Of a stretch of 64,000 bases of DNA, positions 11,761 through 24,649 are shown one piece after another. The DNA lies in assembly GCF_009834535.1 (NCBI RefSeq), contig NC_045713.1:22258001-22322000 (forward strand), in the 5' to 3' direction. This stretch comes from Camelus ferus (Eukaryota). Under the pieces are notes generated by a model. That model had not been told where the DNA came from. It ran no database searches and saw only the letters and a list, made by a program, of their open reading frames with translations. The position numbers and the translations under genes are program-made. Within the stretch, counting starts at the first letter, position 1. Each line of letters opens with the position of its first letter.

Positions 11761-12064
11761 AATGACACAAATCAACTTATTTACAAGATAGAAAAAGACT
11801 CATAGGCATGGAAAACAAACTTACGGTTACCAGCAGGGAAGGGGAGCAGGAGGAATAAATTGGGAGTTCAGGATTTTCAGACACACTATTGTATATGAAA
11901 TAGATAAACAACAAAGTCCTACTGTGTAGCACAGGGAACTATATTCAATGGAACTATATTCACAATGAAAAAGAATATATACGAGTATATGTATAACGGA
12001 ATCAGTATGCTGTACACCAGAAACTAACACAACATTGTAAATCAACTATACTTCAATTAAAAAA
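11761..12064 (+). mobile_element. LINE-1 3' UTR fragment (cetartiodactyl type)
   Basis: ...aaagtcctactgtgtagcacagggaactatattcaat...tacaccagaaactaacacaacattgtaaatcaactatacttcaattaaaaaa is the typical L1 3' end with A tail. Confidence 0.8.
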
Positions 12065-14304
12065 TCCGAAGATCCGAAATATAAAACCATTCCTGATCCA
12101 TAAAAAAATCACACCACCCCTCACCCCCGTCTGTCTAATCTCCCATCTACTGTACTTTCCTTTTTTCCACAGAAAAATGTTTGTGTTTTTTATTCACTAG
12201 AATGCAAGCTCAGGAGAGCAGGGAATTTTCGTTTTGTTCACTGGTCTATTGCAAGCATCCCAAACAGCCAGGAGCCCAGGGTCAGCTCCCCTAGAGTACC
12301 TGCTGAGTGAATCGGTGGTCCTTGTGCTTCAGCCCCATGGAGTGTAATGACCACCTTCTCCCTGAGCTAGTGGTCCTAACTGCCCTGCCTCCTGGATGCC
12401 AAACTCAGGGCCGGGAGCCCAGGAATGCTGGTCATTACCTGCCCGATGGTGGACGAGGAGGCTGGCTCCCATCTCCATGGAGCTGATGGTGCACCTGGCC
12501 ATTCAGATTCACCAGCACAAACAGGTGCCAATTCTTTGGAACCTGAAAGGTTCTTGGGGTTACCTGGGACATGGGGAATCTGAGGCCTAGAGGGAGGAGA
12601 GGCCGGCCATGGTCACCAAGCCCACTGGCAGCAGGGCCAGGGCCTTCGGAGAGCAACTCTGGGGACCCAGGCTTCTCCTGCCTCCCCTTCTGCCCCTGGG
12701 GGAAACTGCCAGGCACATGGGCCCACATCCCGCCGCACACTCTTGGGCAGCACTCCCTCTGGTCAGAGTCACCACTGGAGAAGGGGGCCCACCTTGGGTG
12801 TCTCCCCTGGGACTGAGTCTCTGCAGCCCCGACCAGACCCTAAAGGCAGGTGAGTGGCAGGGGTCGCCTCGGGCAGGCTTTCGAACTTCATGGATGATGT
12901 GTGACCACCTGCCTGGGGCCAGGCCAGCTCTAACAGCTGGGGACCCCACAGGGGCCTGTGGGAACGTCTGCTCTCTGCTGAGGAAACCATGCAGCACAGA
13001 GTGAGTGCAGTCAGCAAACACACTTGGAGAAGAAGGGCCACCCCTGCCGGGCTCCTTCTGTGGAGCCTGTCTCCTGTGGAGCATGAAGGTAAACCCTGCC
13101 GCCTGTGACTGTGCTGCTGCAGACAAAGGAGAACCCTGTTCAAACAGAGGAAACAGGAATCATTCTTACTGCAGGCATAACCAGACATCCCTAATCCTGG
13201 CTGATGTGAATAATGGCTGCTTCTCTGCCAATCGTAGCACCTCTCATCTTCTGGATAAGAGTTAATATACTCAATCATAGGATTACTCCCTCCTCTTGGC
13301 AGCACCCAGTCCAGAGTGAAGCCCTGCTTATTTGAGTCCAGGCTCAGCCCTCTAACTCAGACACCCACGGTCCCCCGTGGCGGGTGGTCTTCTCCACGAC
13401 AGTGAGTTAACATACTCAACTCTGACTACAGGAATCTCTGGCTAGAGGGCATTGACATCGGAAAGGAAAAGGCAGGGAAGCATTGTGGTTGGAGCTGAGA
13501 GGTGTTTCACTTTTAGATAAGGCAGTGGGGGAAGATATCACTGGGATAGTAAATTTGAGCAAGTATTTGAAGGAACAGGGAGAATAAACCATGAGATGTT
13601 TGGGGAGGAGTGTGAGTGGCAAGTGGAGGGGACAGCAAGGACAGAGGCCCTGAGAGGGGCCATGCTTCCATCGTTCAGGTGAGAACAGGAGGCCAATGAC
13701 TGGTGCGGAGTGAATGAGGGTGAGCGGAGCAACGCTTGAGGTCCGATCTCATAGTTCAAGAATAGTATTGTGATCGCTGGTGGTCCTGCCACTTGGATCC
13801 TGCAATCGTTAACGCTCGCTATGTTTGCTTTGTCAGTATGTACAGGGATGTATCTAAATGTGCTTTATTTTTAGTCTGAACACCATGGAAGGGTGAGGTG
13901 GCATCATGCAACTTGTCTCTACATGTACCTCAGCATGGGTCTCCGAGCATAAACGGCCATGAATCTGTTGCCAATCTAAGTGAACTAACAACTTTCCTTT
14001 GCCTCAAAATTCCTTATTCATCCCCCAAAGTTGGTCAATTTGTTCAAATTGGGATCTGACTCAGGTTCACACATAGCATTCAGTTGTCTCTTTATTCTCC
14101 TATTCCAGAGGCTCTCCAGCCCAGAGCCACATTTTCCCCATACCTATGACTCTCTGAACAGTCCAGACCAGCTGACTTGAAGAATGGTCCACATTTTGGA
14201 TTGCTTCGGTGGTTTCCTTGAAGTGTTATTTAGCTAGTTACTTTATCCATGTGTTTCCTGTACACTAGATGTCAGAGCTAAAGGCTTGATTGGATCAGGT
14301 TAAA

Positions 14305-14885
14305 ATGTGTCAGTGATGAACAGGCAACCCAGAGCCGGGGAGAGAATATTTGCAAACCGTCTGTCTGGTAAAGAACTGTGTCAAGAACATAGAGATAACC
14401 CTTATCACTCAGCAGCAAAAATACAAACAACCCCATTAAAAAGTGGACAAATTTGACACAACATTGTAAAATGATTATAAATCAATAAAAAATGTTAAAA
14501 AAAAGTGGACAAAGAACTTGAATAAACTTTACCCCCAAAGAAGTCTATGAATAGCACATGAAAAGACACCCAGCTTCCTTACTCATTCAGAAATGCAAAT
14601 CAAAACCCTGATAAGGTACCACTTCACATCCAGTAGGACAGCCATAACAGTAATTTAAAAAGCAAAAGAGCAAGAGTTGGCGAGAATGTGGAGAAGCTGG
14701 AACCCTCATACATGGCTGCTGGGAATGTAAAATATAGCAGCCATTGTGGAAAACAGTTTGGTGGTTCCTCAGTATATTAAACATTGTTAGTGTATGGCCA
14801 AGCAATTCCACTCCTATGTGTATACATCCAAACTTTTGAAAATATACATCCACACCAAAACTTATACAAGAATTTTCGCAGCAAT
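14305..14885 (+). mobile_element. Old L1M ORF2 C-terminal fragment; continues at about 19420-19860
   Basis: gagaatatttgcaaac, gaaatgcaaatcaaaacc and ggaaaacagtttggtggttcctc are L1 ORF2 3' motifs; interrupted by a younger L1. Confidence 0.75.
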
Positions 14886-14889
14886 CCCC

Positions 14890-17800
14890 TGGCCCCCAGG
14901 GCCACACAGCCAGCTGCCCCAGGCCCCAGCCCCACCCACCAGTGGGCAGCAGCCTCCATGTGAGGCAAGGCCTGGCAGCCAACCTGATCTGGGGCCACCC
15001 CACCTACCAACACACCCACAGTAGTTGGCCCCCCACAAGAGAAGGGCCCACACAGTTCATGCAGGGGGCAACCCTAGGGCATATAGCTCTGGTGATCAGA
15101 GGGGAGTGCATTGCTGGGACACACAGGACATCTCTGATATAAGGCCACTCCATCAAGATTGGGAAATGTAACCAACCTACCTAATACATAGAAATAAAAA
15201 CAGAGAATTAGGCAAAATGACATGATGGAGGACTATGTTCCAAATAAAGGGACAAGATAAAACCCCAGAAGAAGAACTAAGCAAGTGGAGATAAGCAGTC
15301 TGCCCAATAAAGAGTTCAAGGTAATGATCATAAAGATGCTCAATGAACTCAAGAGAAATAGGGATGAACAGAGTGAGAAGTTTAACACAGAGTTAGAAAA
15401 TATACAGAAGAACCAAAGAGAGCTGAAGAATACAGTAACTGAAAAAAATACCGTAGAAGGAATCAACAGTAGATTAGATGATACAGAGGAATGGATTGGT
15501 GAGCTGGAAGACAGAGTAGTGGATATCACCCAGACCGAACAGAAAAAAGAATTTAAAAAAAAATGAGGACAGCTTTAGAGTTCTCTGGGACAACATCAAG
15601 TGTATTATTATTCACATTATAGGGATCCCAAAAGAAAAGAGAGAGAAAGAGTAAGAGGATTTTTTTGAAGAAATAATAGCTGGAAACTTCCCTGACTTGG
15701 GAAAGGAAACAGAAAGCCCAGAGACTCCCAAACCACACAAACCTAAATAGGTCCACCCACACCAAGACACACTGTAGTTAATATGGCAAAAATTGAAGAT
15801 AAAGAGAAACTCTCAAAAGCAGCGAGAGAAAAGTATCCAGTTTCATAGATGGGACCTCCCATAAAACCATCAGCTGATTTTTCAGTGGAAACTCTGCAGG
15901 CCAGGAGAGAGTGGCACCATATATTTAAAATGATGAAAGTAAAAAAGCTACAACCAAGAATACTCTACCCAGCAAGGCTATCATTTGAAGCAGAGATATA
16001 GAGCCTTATAGACAAGCAAAACCTAAAAGATTTCAGCACCACTAAACCAGTTTTACAAGAAATGTTAAAGGGGTTTATCTAAGAAGAAAAGAAAGGACCA
16101 CAACTAGAAATATGAAAATTATGAAAGGAAAAACTTCTTTGGTAAAGGCAAAAATACAAAAAAGGTAATAGATCATTTATAAAGACCACTTATAAAGCTA
16201 GCAGGAAGGTTAAAAGACAGAAGTAGTAAAATTATCCATTTCCATGATAAATAGTTAAGGAAATGAAACAGAAAGATTTCAAAAACATTAAATGTTAGGA
16301 GTAAAAATGCGGAGTTGTTAGAATGCACTTGAACTTAAGAGATCATCAACTTAAATAATTGTGTGTATGTTTTATACACACAATTTTATATATATATATA
16401 TATATATAAAACAAGCAAAAGTCTAGAACCAGATACCTTCATGAGTGAATTCTACCACATATTTAAGGAAGAGTCAAACCCATCCCTCTCAAACTATTTC
16501 AGAGAATTTAAGAGGATGGTTCTGGACTCATTCTATGAGGCCAGAATCACCATAGTACCAAACCCAGACAACGATATCACAAAAAAGAAAATTACTACAC
16601 TGGAAATTGACACAACATTGNNNNNNNNNNNNNNNNNNNNNNNNNNNNNNNNNNNNNNNNNNNNNNNNNNNNNNNNNNNNNNNNNNNNNNNNNNNNNNNN
16701 NNNNNNNNNNNNNNNNNNNNNNNNNNNNNNNNNNNNNNNNNNNNNNNNNNNNNNNNNNNNNNNNNNNNNNNNNNNNNNNNNNNNNNNNNNNNNNNNNNNN
16801 NNNNNTACAAATTAATCAATGTGATACACCATATTAACAAAATGAAAAATAAAAATCACATAGTCATCTCAATAGATGCAGGAAAAGCTTTTGACAATAT
16901 TCAAGAACCAGTTATGACAAAAAAAAAAAAACCACTACTTCTCAACAAAGTAAGTATAGAGGGAACATACCTCAATATAATAAAGGCTATATATGCAAGA
17001 CCNNNNNNNNNNNNNNNNNNNNNNNNNNNNNNNNNNNNNNNNNNNNNNNNNNNNNNNNNNNNNNNNNNNNNNNNNNNNNNNNNNNNNNNNNNNNNNNNNN
17101 NNNNNNNNNNNNNNNNNNNNNNNNNNNNNNNNNNNNNNNNNNNNNNNNNNNNNNNNNNNNNNNNNNNNNNNNNNNNNNNNNNNNNNNNNNNNNNNNNNNN
17201 NNTACAGGATACTATATATAGAAAATCCCTAAGATTCTGCCAAAAATTTATTACAACTAATAAGTGAATACAGTAAAGTTGCAGGATACAAAATTAATAT
17301 ACAGAAATCTGTTGCATTATACATTAAGAACAAACGCTCTAAAAGAAAAGTTAAGAAAACAATACTGTTTATAATTGCATCAAAAAGAATAAAATACATA
17401 AGAATAAATCTAACCAAGGAGGGAAAAGTCCTGTGTTCAGAAAAATACAGACATTGATAAAAGAAATTGAAGATGACACAAACAGATGGNNNNNNNNNNN
17501 NNNNNNNNNNNNNNNNNNNNNNNNNNNNNNNNNNNNNNNNNNNNNNNNNNNNNNNNNNNNNNNNNNNNNNNNNNNNNNNNNNNNNNNNNNNNNNNNNNNN
17601 NNNNNNNNNNNNNNNNNNNNNNNNNNNNNNNNNNNNNNNNNNNNNNNNNNNNNNNNNNNNNNNNNNNNNNNNNNNNNNNNNNNNNNNNNNNNNNNNNNNN
17701 NNNNNNNNNGACTTCAGATTATACTCAAAGCTACAGTAATTAAAACCAGTATGATACTGGCACAGAAACAAACACACAGATCAATGGAACTGAATAGAGA

Positions 17801-19250
17801 GCCCAGAAATAGACCCACGCACTTATGGCCAATTAACCCATGACAAAGTAGGCAATAATATACATAATGGGGAAAGACAGCCTTTTTAATAAGTGGTGTT
17901 GGGAAAACTGGACAACTGTAAGCAAAAGAATCAAATTGGACTACTTTCTCACACCATATACAAAAATAAACTCAAAATGAATTATACTTAAGTAGGACCT
18001 GAAACCATAAAACACTTAGAAGCATACCTATGCAGTATATTCTTTTTTTAAACATTTTTTATTGATTTATAATCATTTTGCAATGTGCAGTATACTCTTT
18101 GACATCAGTTTTAGCAATTTTTTTTTATATATGTCTCCTCAGGCAAGGAAAATAAAAGCAAAAACAAACAAACTGGACTACATCAAACGAACACGTTTTT
18201 GCACAACAAAGGAAATGATCAACAAAACAAAAGGCAGCCTACTGAGTGGGAGAAGACATTTGCAAACAATATATCTGATAAGAGGTTATTATCCAAAATA
18301 TACAAAGAATTCACACAACTCAACATCAAAGAACAAGTGACCTAATTTAAAATTGAGCAGATCTTTTCCAAAAGATGTACAGATGGCCAACACGCACATG
18401 AGAAGATGCTCGACATCACTAATCATCAGGGAAATGCAAATCAAAACCATAATGAGATGGCACCTCACACCTGTCAAATGCTATCATCAAACAGACAAGA
18501 AATAACAAGTGCTGGTGAGGATGTAGAGAAAAGAGAACCCTTGTGTGCTGTTAGTGGGAATGTAAACCAGTGCAATTTACAGTAAGGAGGAAAACAGTGT
18601 GGAAATGCCTCAAAAGAGATGTCATTGCCTTCTGGGCATTTTTCAAGGAAAACAAAAACACTAACATAAAAAGGCATATGCATCCCAATGTACAGCAGCA
18701 TTATTTACAACAGCTAAGACATGGAAGCAGACTAAGTGCCCATCAACAGATGAAAGGATAAAGAAGATACGGGACATATANNNNNNNNNNNNNNNNNNNN
18801 NNNNNNNNNNNNNNNNNNNNNNNNNNNNNNNNNNNNNNNNNNNNNNNNNNNNNNNNNNNNNNNNNNNNNNNNNNNNNNNNNNNNNNNNNNNNNNNNNNNN
18901 NNNNNNNNACTCAGATGTAGAATCTAAAAAACAAAACAAACGAGCAAACATAACAAAACAGAAACAGACTCATAGATACAGAGAACAAACTGGTGGTTGC
19001 CAGAGGGGAGAGGGGTGAGGAGATGAGTGAAATAGGTGAGGGAGATGAAGAGGCACAAGCTTCTAGTTACAAAATAAACAAGTCACGGGGATGAAACGTA
19101 CAGCCATGGGGAATATAGTCAGTGATATTGTGATAACTGTATGATGACAGATGGTAACTAAATTTATTGTGGTCATTATTTTGTAGTGTATAGAAATATC
19201 AAATCACTATACTAACATAGTGTTGTAGGTCAATTATACCTCAATATAAC
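14890..19250 (+). mobile_element. Large degenerate LINE-1: 5' UTR part, ORF1, internally deleted ORF2, 3' UTR
   Basis: ORF1 coiled coil (EFKVMIIKMLNELKR...GINSRLDDTEEWIGELEDRV, 15285-15566); RT motifs EFYHIFKEE and [17 protein letters not shown]; many stops and frameshifts; four N gaps. Confidence 0.9.
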
Positions 19251-19944
19251 TAAATATGTAACTACTAAGTAAAAATATGGAAGAAATGAAATCCTTGGCA
19301 GGAGCTCACTACTTCCCTAAGTGTCTTACTGTATATAAGGACTATAAAAATTTGCCCAAAATAACAAAAATACTTTTATTAAAAAAAATTGGGGCAAAAT
19401 TACCTTTTTAAAAAGAAAACAAAAGACTGTGCACAGCAGCACAATTGACATAGCCAAAAAGGCACAAACAGCCCAAATGTCTACCAATCAATGAAAGAAT
19501 AAACAAAATTTGGTATTTCCCTACAATGGAACATTATACATCCATAGAAAAGGAAGTACTGGTACATGCTACAACAGAGATCAACCTTGAAAGCAGTGTG
19601 ACAAGTAAAAGAAGTCAGACACAGAAGTTGGCATGTTGTATGATTCCCTTTGTATGAAGTGTCCAGGATGGGCAAATCCACAGGAGCAGAAAGCAGACTG
19701 CTCGCCAGGGGCTGAGGGGCACAGAGTTTCTGTTCAGAGTGATGAAAAATTTCTGGAACTAGGTAGGTGATAGTTGTGCAACATGATGAATATACTAAAT
19801 GCCACTGAGATGTTCACCTTAAAATAGTTAAAACAGTAAATGTTACGTTTTATCACAAGAAGAGAAGATCTGACTATCACCATAGGTGATGCTGAAGACT
19901 TGGGTGATACTAGGAGCCATGTGATGTCAAATGGCAGTGTTTAT

Positions 19945-20090
19945 TGCCGGTGCTAAACAAGGAGTCTGGGAGACTGATGCTCAAAAAGCCTGAACTCCCC
20001 AATGGCTTTCAGGGAAAGGTTTTTGAAGACAGGGTGTGGGAGAGGGGTTGTGGTGTGTGTGATCAACTCGTGGACATTTTTTTTTTTTTT
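19945..20090. mobile_element. Probable ERV LTR fragment
   Basis: gatgctcaaaaagcctgaactccccaatggctttcagggaaaggttttt...gtgtgatcaactcgtggacatt resembles laurasiatherian ERV LTR sequence as I recall it; family not assigned. Confidence 0.45.
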
Positions 20091-20193
20091 TTGGTGGCAA
20101 AACCTGGGATAAGTTTGTTTTTGACTTTGATCTTTTCAGTTTTTGCTCTTTTAAGTTTTATTTTTGGTGATCTTAAATATTTACAAGATTCAA

Positions 20194-20331
20194 GGGGGAG
20201 GGTATAGCTCAGTGGTAGAGCATATGCTTAGCATGCACAAGGTCCTAGGTTCAATCCCCAGTACCTCCACATAAATAAATGAATAAATAAATAAATTAAT
20301 TAATTAAATAAACTTCATTACTCCCCCCCAA
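20194..20331 (+). mobile_element. Young tRNA-Ala SINE with 15-bp target-site duplication
   Basis: GGGGGAGGGTATAGCTCAGTGGTAGAG...GGTTCAATCCCCAGTACCTCCA plus (AAAT)n tail; TSD ATTTACAAGATTCAA at 20179-20193 and 20332-20346. Confidence 0.92.
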
Positions 20332-21587
20332 ATTTACAAGATTCAAAGGTCGAAATGATGCAGCGTTAGATTTGGAGGAGCTTCCCTCCAACCCCACCCA
20401 TGTTGTCATTTGTGGTCTTTTCCAATTCATCCTTCCACAGTGCCTTTTTGCAAAAATAAGCAAACATGCACAAACACACACACACTCATGAGGGCACACA
20501 CGGGTTAATGAACTCGCTCACACAAGTGTGTACTCACACATTCTTGAATTCCCCTCCTTCCTTACAAAAAAGTGACCGTGCTGTATATACACCAGTCTAC
20601 TTCTTTATTACTTCTTTTTCTTTTTTCACTTAATAAATCCTGGCTATTACATCACAACCATTACTAGAAACTGCCCTCATTTAAAAAAAAATTTCAGTTC
20701 CCAGTTCTCTGTGGTGTGAATGTTCATGGTTTACCCTTTACTCTGTCAGTGCCACCTGAAGGGCTTTTGGGTTTTCTAGACTTTAGCAAACATAGCTGCC
20801 CCTGCTGCTTTGTGTATCCTCAAGCAAGCTTCAGCTCACCACTTAGCAGGGGGTGCCAGCAGAGTGTGGTCAAAGTCTTGGATTTTTGTTATTAGGGTGG
20901 ATAAGAAATGGCTCTCAGTGGAGTTTTACTTTTAATATTAATTTGCATTTCTCTTGTTATGAGCAAGGTTGTGCCTCTTTTCGGTTTTTTTTTTTTCCCT
21001 CGTGTGTACTGTGATCTGTATCCCCGACTAGATTGTCAGCTCCATGGGGCAGGGAACTTTGCTTGTTTTAGCTGTTGTATCCATAGCCTAGAAAGACACT
21101 GGGGCCACTTATATGCCATAAACATTTGTTTAATGGGAGAGTGAATTGGTGGATGGATGAATGGATTCATCAACTCCTTTCTAAGATCCTGCATAAACTA
21201 GCAAATAGTATATATTCCGGAGGAAGAAGAAAAAGTGTCACCGCGGACCACAGGGACAAAGGGTCGGGGGACTCTAGCGACGCCCTAAGAAGTAAAGGCA
21301 AGGGGTCTCCTCTGTGCCGGATAGTGAGTGCCCTCCATGTCGCGGGAGCTGCCCTCTGCCCTCCGAGAGACCTTGGGGGTCAGTGCAAGGATTCCCGCAG
21401 CCCTCCGTGTGACCCAGGCAGCACCCCCAGCCGCTTCCACCTCTGCCAACCCGCAGTGGCCCCAGTGACCACAGAGACAAGATGCACGTTGATTCGTTTA
21501 TTGGCGCGTCCTGGGGAAGATGGGGTGGGCTGGAGACCCCCTGGAGCAGCGGAGAGCGCATCCTGTCCTGGGGGGCCGCAGCTGCGC

Positions 21588-22676
21588 TCAGCGATACTTC
21601 TCGGTCAGAACGGAGGACACGATGGACAGGAACTTGTCCCAGGCGGCGTGGGCGTCGGCCGTGAAGTCGGCGGAGAAGTGGGAGGCCACGGTGACCAGCA
21701 GGCAGTGGGACAGGAGCTGGGGCGGAAAGGGAGGGAGGCTCAGGGCGCGGGCCCCGGGCGCCTTCCGCCCAGACCCCGCCCCGCCTCGGTCGGGCCCCGC
21801 CAGGACCCCAGCCCCGCGCCCACCTTGAAGTTGACCGGGTCCACGCGCAAGACGTAGGCGTGCAGCTCGCTGAGCTTGGACAGAGCGCCCGCCACGTTGT
21901 CGATGCTCTTGACTGCGTCGCCCAAGGCGGCCAGCACCTTGGAGCCGTGCGCGCGCAGCTGCGCGGAGCCTGGATGCAGGTCGAAGTGCGGGAAGTAGGT
22001 CTTGGTCTGCGGGAAGCTGGAGAAGAGCCTGCGGGGGGGGCGGCGGGGGTGAGGCGAGGTCGGGACGGCACTGCCCCAGGACGCGACGGTCCAGGCGCCG
22101 ACCCAGCGTTCTGGACACGTGGTATTTTCACGCAGTGTATTAAAACATCAATATTAACGCAAAAACCCACGTAGACCGAAATATGCAAAGTTCAGGTAAA
22201 GGCAGGATGAGTACTGCTGACTTTTCCTGTTGCCCCAGGCTCCAGTATGGCCCCGGTACTATCTCACTCACCCTCACCGCCCCATCGTTCCCACGTTCCT
22301 TCCTTCTTCCCCCATTCACTCACTCACTCACTCACTCACTCACTCATTCATTCATTCAACAGGTGTTTGTGGAGACCTGGGTGCTGGGCCTGGAGAGACA
22401 CAGCCCTACAGTCATCTCCCTTCCGAGTTCACCTCCTCTTCCTGCTTACCGGCCACCATCCCCTGTCCCCACCACTGACCGCACCTCCCTGTCCCTTCCT
22501 CACTGACCGCTGTCCTTACTGTCCTCTCCTCTCTGGCCCACAGTCACCTGCCCGGGTACATCCAGCCCAGCTGGCACTCACCTTTCCAAGGCCTCCATGC
22601 CAATGACGTCCGCCTGTGTGGCGATCTTGCCCCACATGGACACAACGATGGTCCTCTCAGCCTTGGTCAGAGACAT
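21588..22676 (-). CDS. HBZ: Hemoglobin subunit zeta, 5' copy, 142 aa, intact
   Basis: Exons 22676-22582, 22028-21824 and 21716-21588 (...[31 protein letters not shown]). Canonical splice sites; AATAAA at 21502-21497. Confidence 0.97.
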
Positions 22677-22739
22677 GGTGGCGGCTGACCCAGAGCTAGG
22701 TGTGCTCAGAACTGGCCTCCATGGTAATCAGCCCCCAGG

Positions 22740-22970
22740 GTCCTCTTATATACCTGAAGCCAGGGTGGGGGCCAGGCTGTGGTCATCACTGGGAGAGGGG
22801 AGGGGGTTTGGGTGGTGGGGTCTCTTATCAGATGCAGTGACAATGGGCAGTCAGGCCTGGTGGGCCTGGTGGGATGAGGGGCTATCACTCGGGCCTCCCT
22901 TGCTGGGCCTAGGCAGGGAGAATAGGGAGGGTGTTGGCCGCAGCCTGACCAGACTCCAGGAGAGATAGGG
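22740..22970 (-). promoter_or_regulatory. Zeta promoter, 5' copy
   Basis: TATATAA at 22752-22746, TGACCA at 22785-22780, CACC box, TGATAA near 22825-22830, AGATAG at 22963-22968. Confidence 0.8.
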
Positions 22971-23329
22971 GCCCAGCCAGCCCAGGAGGTCCTCCTGCAT
23001 TTGCAGCCCAGCTCTGCACTGTCCTTGTCCATCTCAGAATCACAAAATGGGAGAAGCTGGATGACCACACACTTTCCTCAGCTGGCTCATGTCACGTTGC
23101 CTGCATCACTCCTCAGTGGGTCCTGTGGCTAGACCAGCCTTTCACATACCAGTTCTCTCCCTCTGGCTCTAGGATCCCTGGATTTTCTCTGAGAAAGCAA
23201 TGGTTTTGCCCAGTGGGCTCTGAGGGGGGAGGGAGTGACTGGTTCTGACCCTGAAAAGCTTTAGGAGGTGGCAGGTCAATAAAAGAGGGTCCTTCTAATG
23301 TCATGTGCTTTTAGGGACTGCAGTGTTGC

Positions 23330-24640
23330 TCACCATACCATAATTTAAACATCATGAGGCAAATACTCCTTTTAACTATATTTCAACATATGGCACCATT
23401 GATTTTTTTAGTGTGCTGCTCTTTGAATTTTGACACAGGTATAGATTTGTGTAACCCTCACCAGAATCAGGATACATAACAGCTCCATCAACCCAGAAAA
23501 CTCCCACATGCTGCCCCTTTGCCATCTCACCTTCCTCTGTCCCCCCAAACTCTGACAATCACTCTAATTTGGTCTTTTTCAAGAATATCCTGTAAATGGA
23601 ATCACACAGTATACAGCATCTTTTAGGACTGGCTTCTTTTACTTAGTGTAATACCCCCGAGGGCCATGCATGTTGTTGCCTGTATGCATAGTTTCTTTTT
23701 ATTGCAGAGTAGTATTCTGTGGTGTTAATGTTCATTCATTCTCCCATGCAACAATTGGTTTTTTTTTTTCTAGTCTGGAGCTATTACAAATAAAACTGCT
23801 ATGAACCTTGTTGTGTAGGTCTTTATGTGAACATAAGTTTTTATTTCTCTAGGATGATACCCTATCTAGGAGTAGGATCATTGGTTCATGTGCTAAGTGC
23901 ATGTTTAACTTTGTGAAAAACTGCTAAACTGCTCCAGAGTGGCTGGACCATTTTGCATCCCTTCAGCAGTGAAGGGGAGTCTTATTTCCCCTGCATCCTT
24001 TCAGTGCTTCTACGTGTTAGTCAGTCTGACAGTTGTGAGATGATCTGTCATTGTGGCTTCAATTTGCATTTCCCTGATGGCCAGGGGTGTGGAGCATCTT
24101 TTTGCGTGCTCATTTGCGGTCCTCTTTGGTGAAATATCTGTTCTGGTCTTTTGCCCATTTTTCTCCTAGTTTGTAGTTTGTTATTTTATCCTTTCAATAG
24201 TGTCATTTGTAGAGCCAAAGTTTTATTTTTGATGAAGTCTAATTTACCAAGTTTTTCTTTTAAGATTCATGCTTTTAGAATCATGACTGAGAATACTGTG
24301 CCTAATCCCAGGTCGCAGAGATCTTCATCTCTGGTTTCTTCTAAATGTTTCATAGTTTACATTTTACACTTAGATCTAAGATCTGTTTTGTGATAATTTT
24401 TGTGTAAGGTGTGACGGTTAGTCCTATGAGTGTCCAATTATTCCAACACCTTTTGTTGAAAACACTATACTTCCTCTATCAAATTGTCTTCTCTAGCTTG
24501 TTTGCAAAAAAATTAATTGGACAGTTTCTGCAGGTCTATTTCTGAACTCTCTATTTTGTTCTGTTGATCTCTGTGTCTTTCACCCAGATTATACTGTCTG
24601 TATTACTGTAACTTTATTGTTGACTCTTAAAATTAGATAC
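23330..24640 (-). mobile_element. Old L1M 3' portion, antisense
   Basis: ttacaaataaaactgctatgaac, tgtggcttcaatttgcatttccctgatg and ttccaacaccttttgttgaaa are reverse-complement L1 motifs; ends approximate. Confidence 0.75.
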
Positions 24641-24649
24641 TATCCCAAG

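Noticed and set aside
15233-18500. ORFs within the large L1, including those spanning X runs
   Set aside because: Fragments of degenerate L1 ORF1/ORF2; the long ones exist only because N runs contain no stop codons.
20194-20270. tRNA-Ala(AGC)-like sequences, six copies
   Set aside because: Extra 5' bases, stem mismatches, A-rich tails and TSDs show they are SINE copies rather than tRNA genes.
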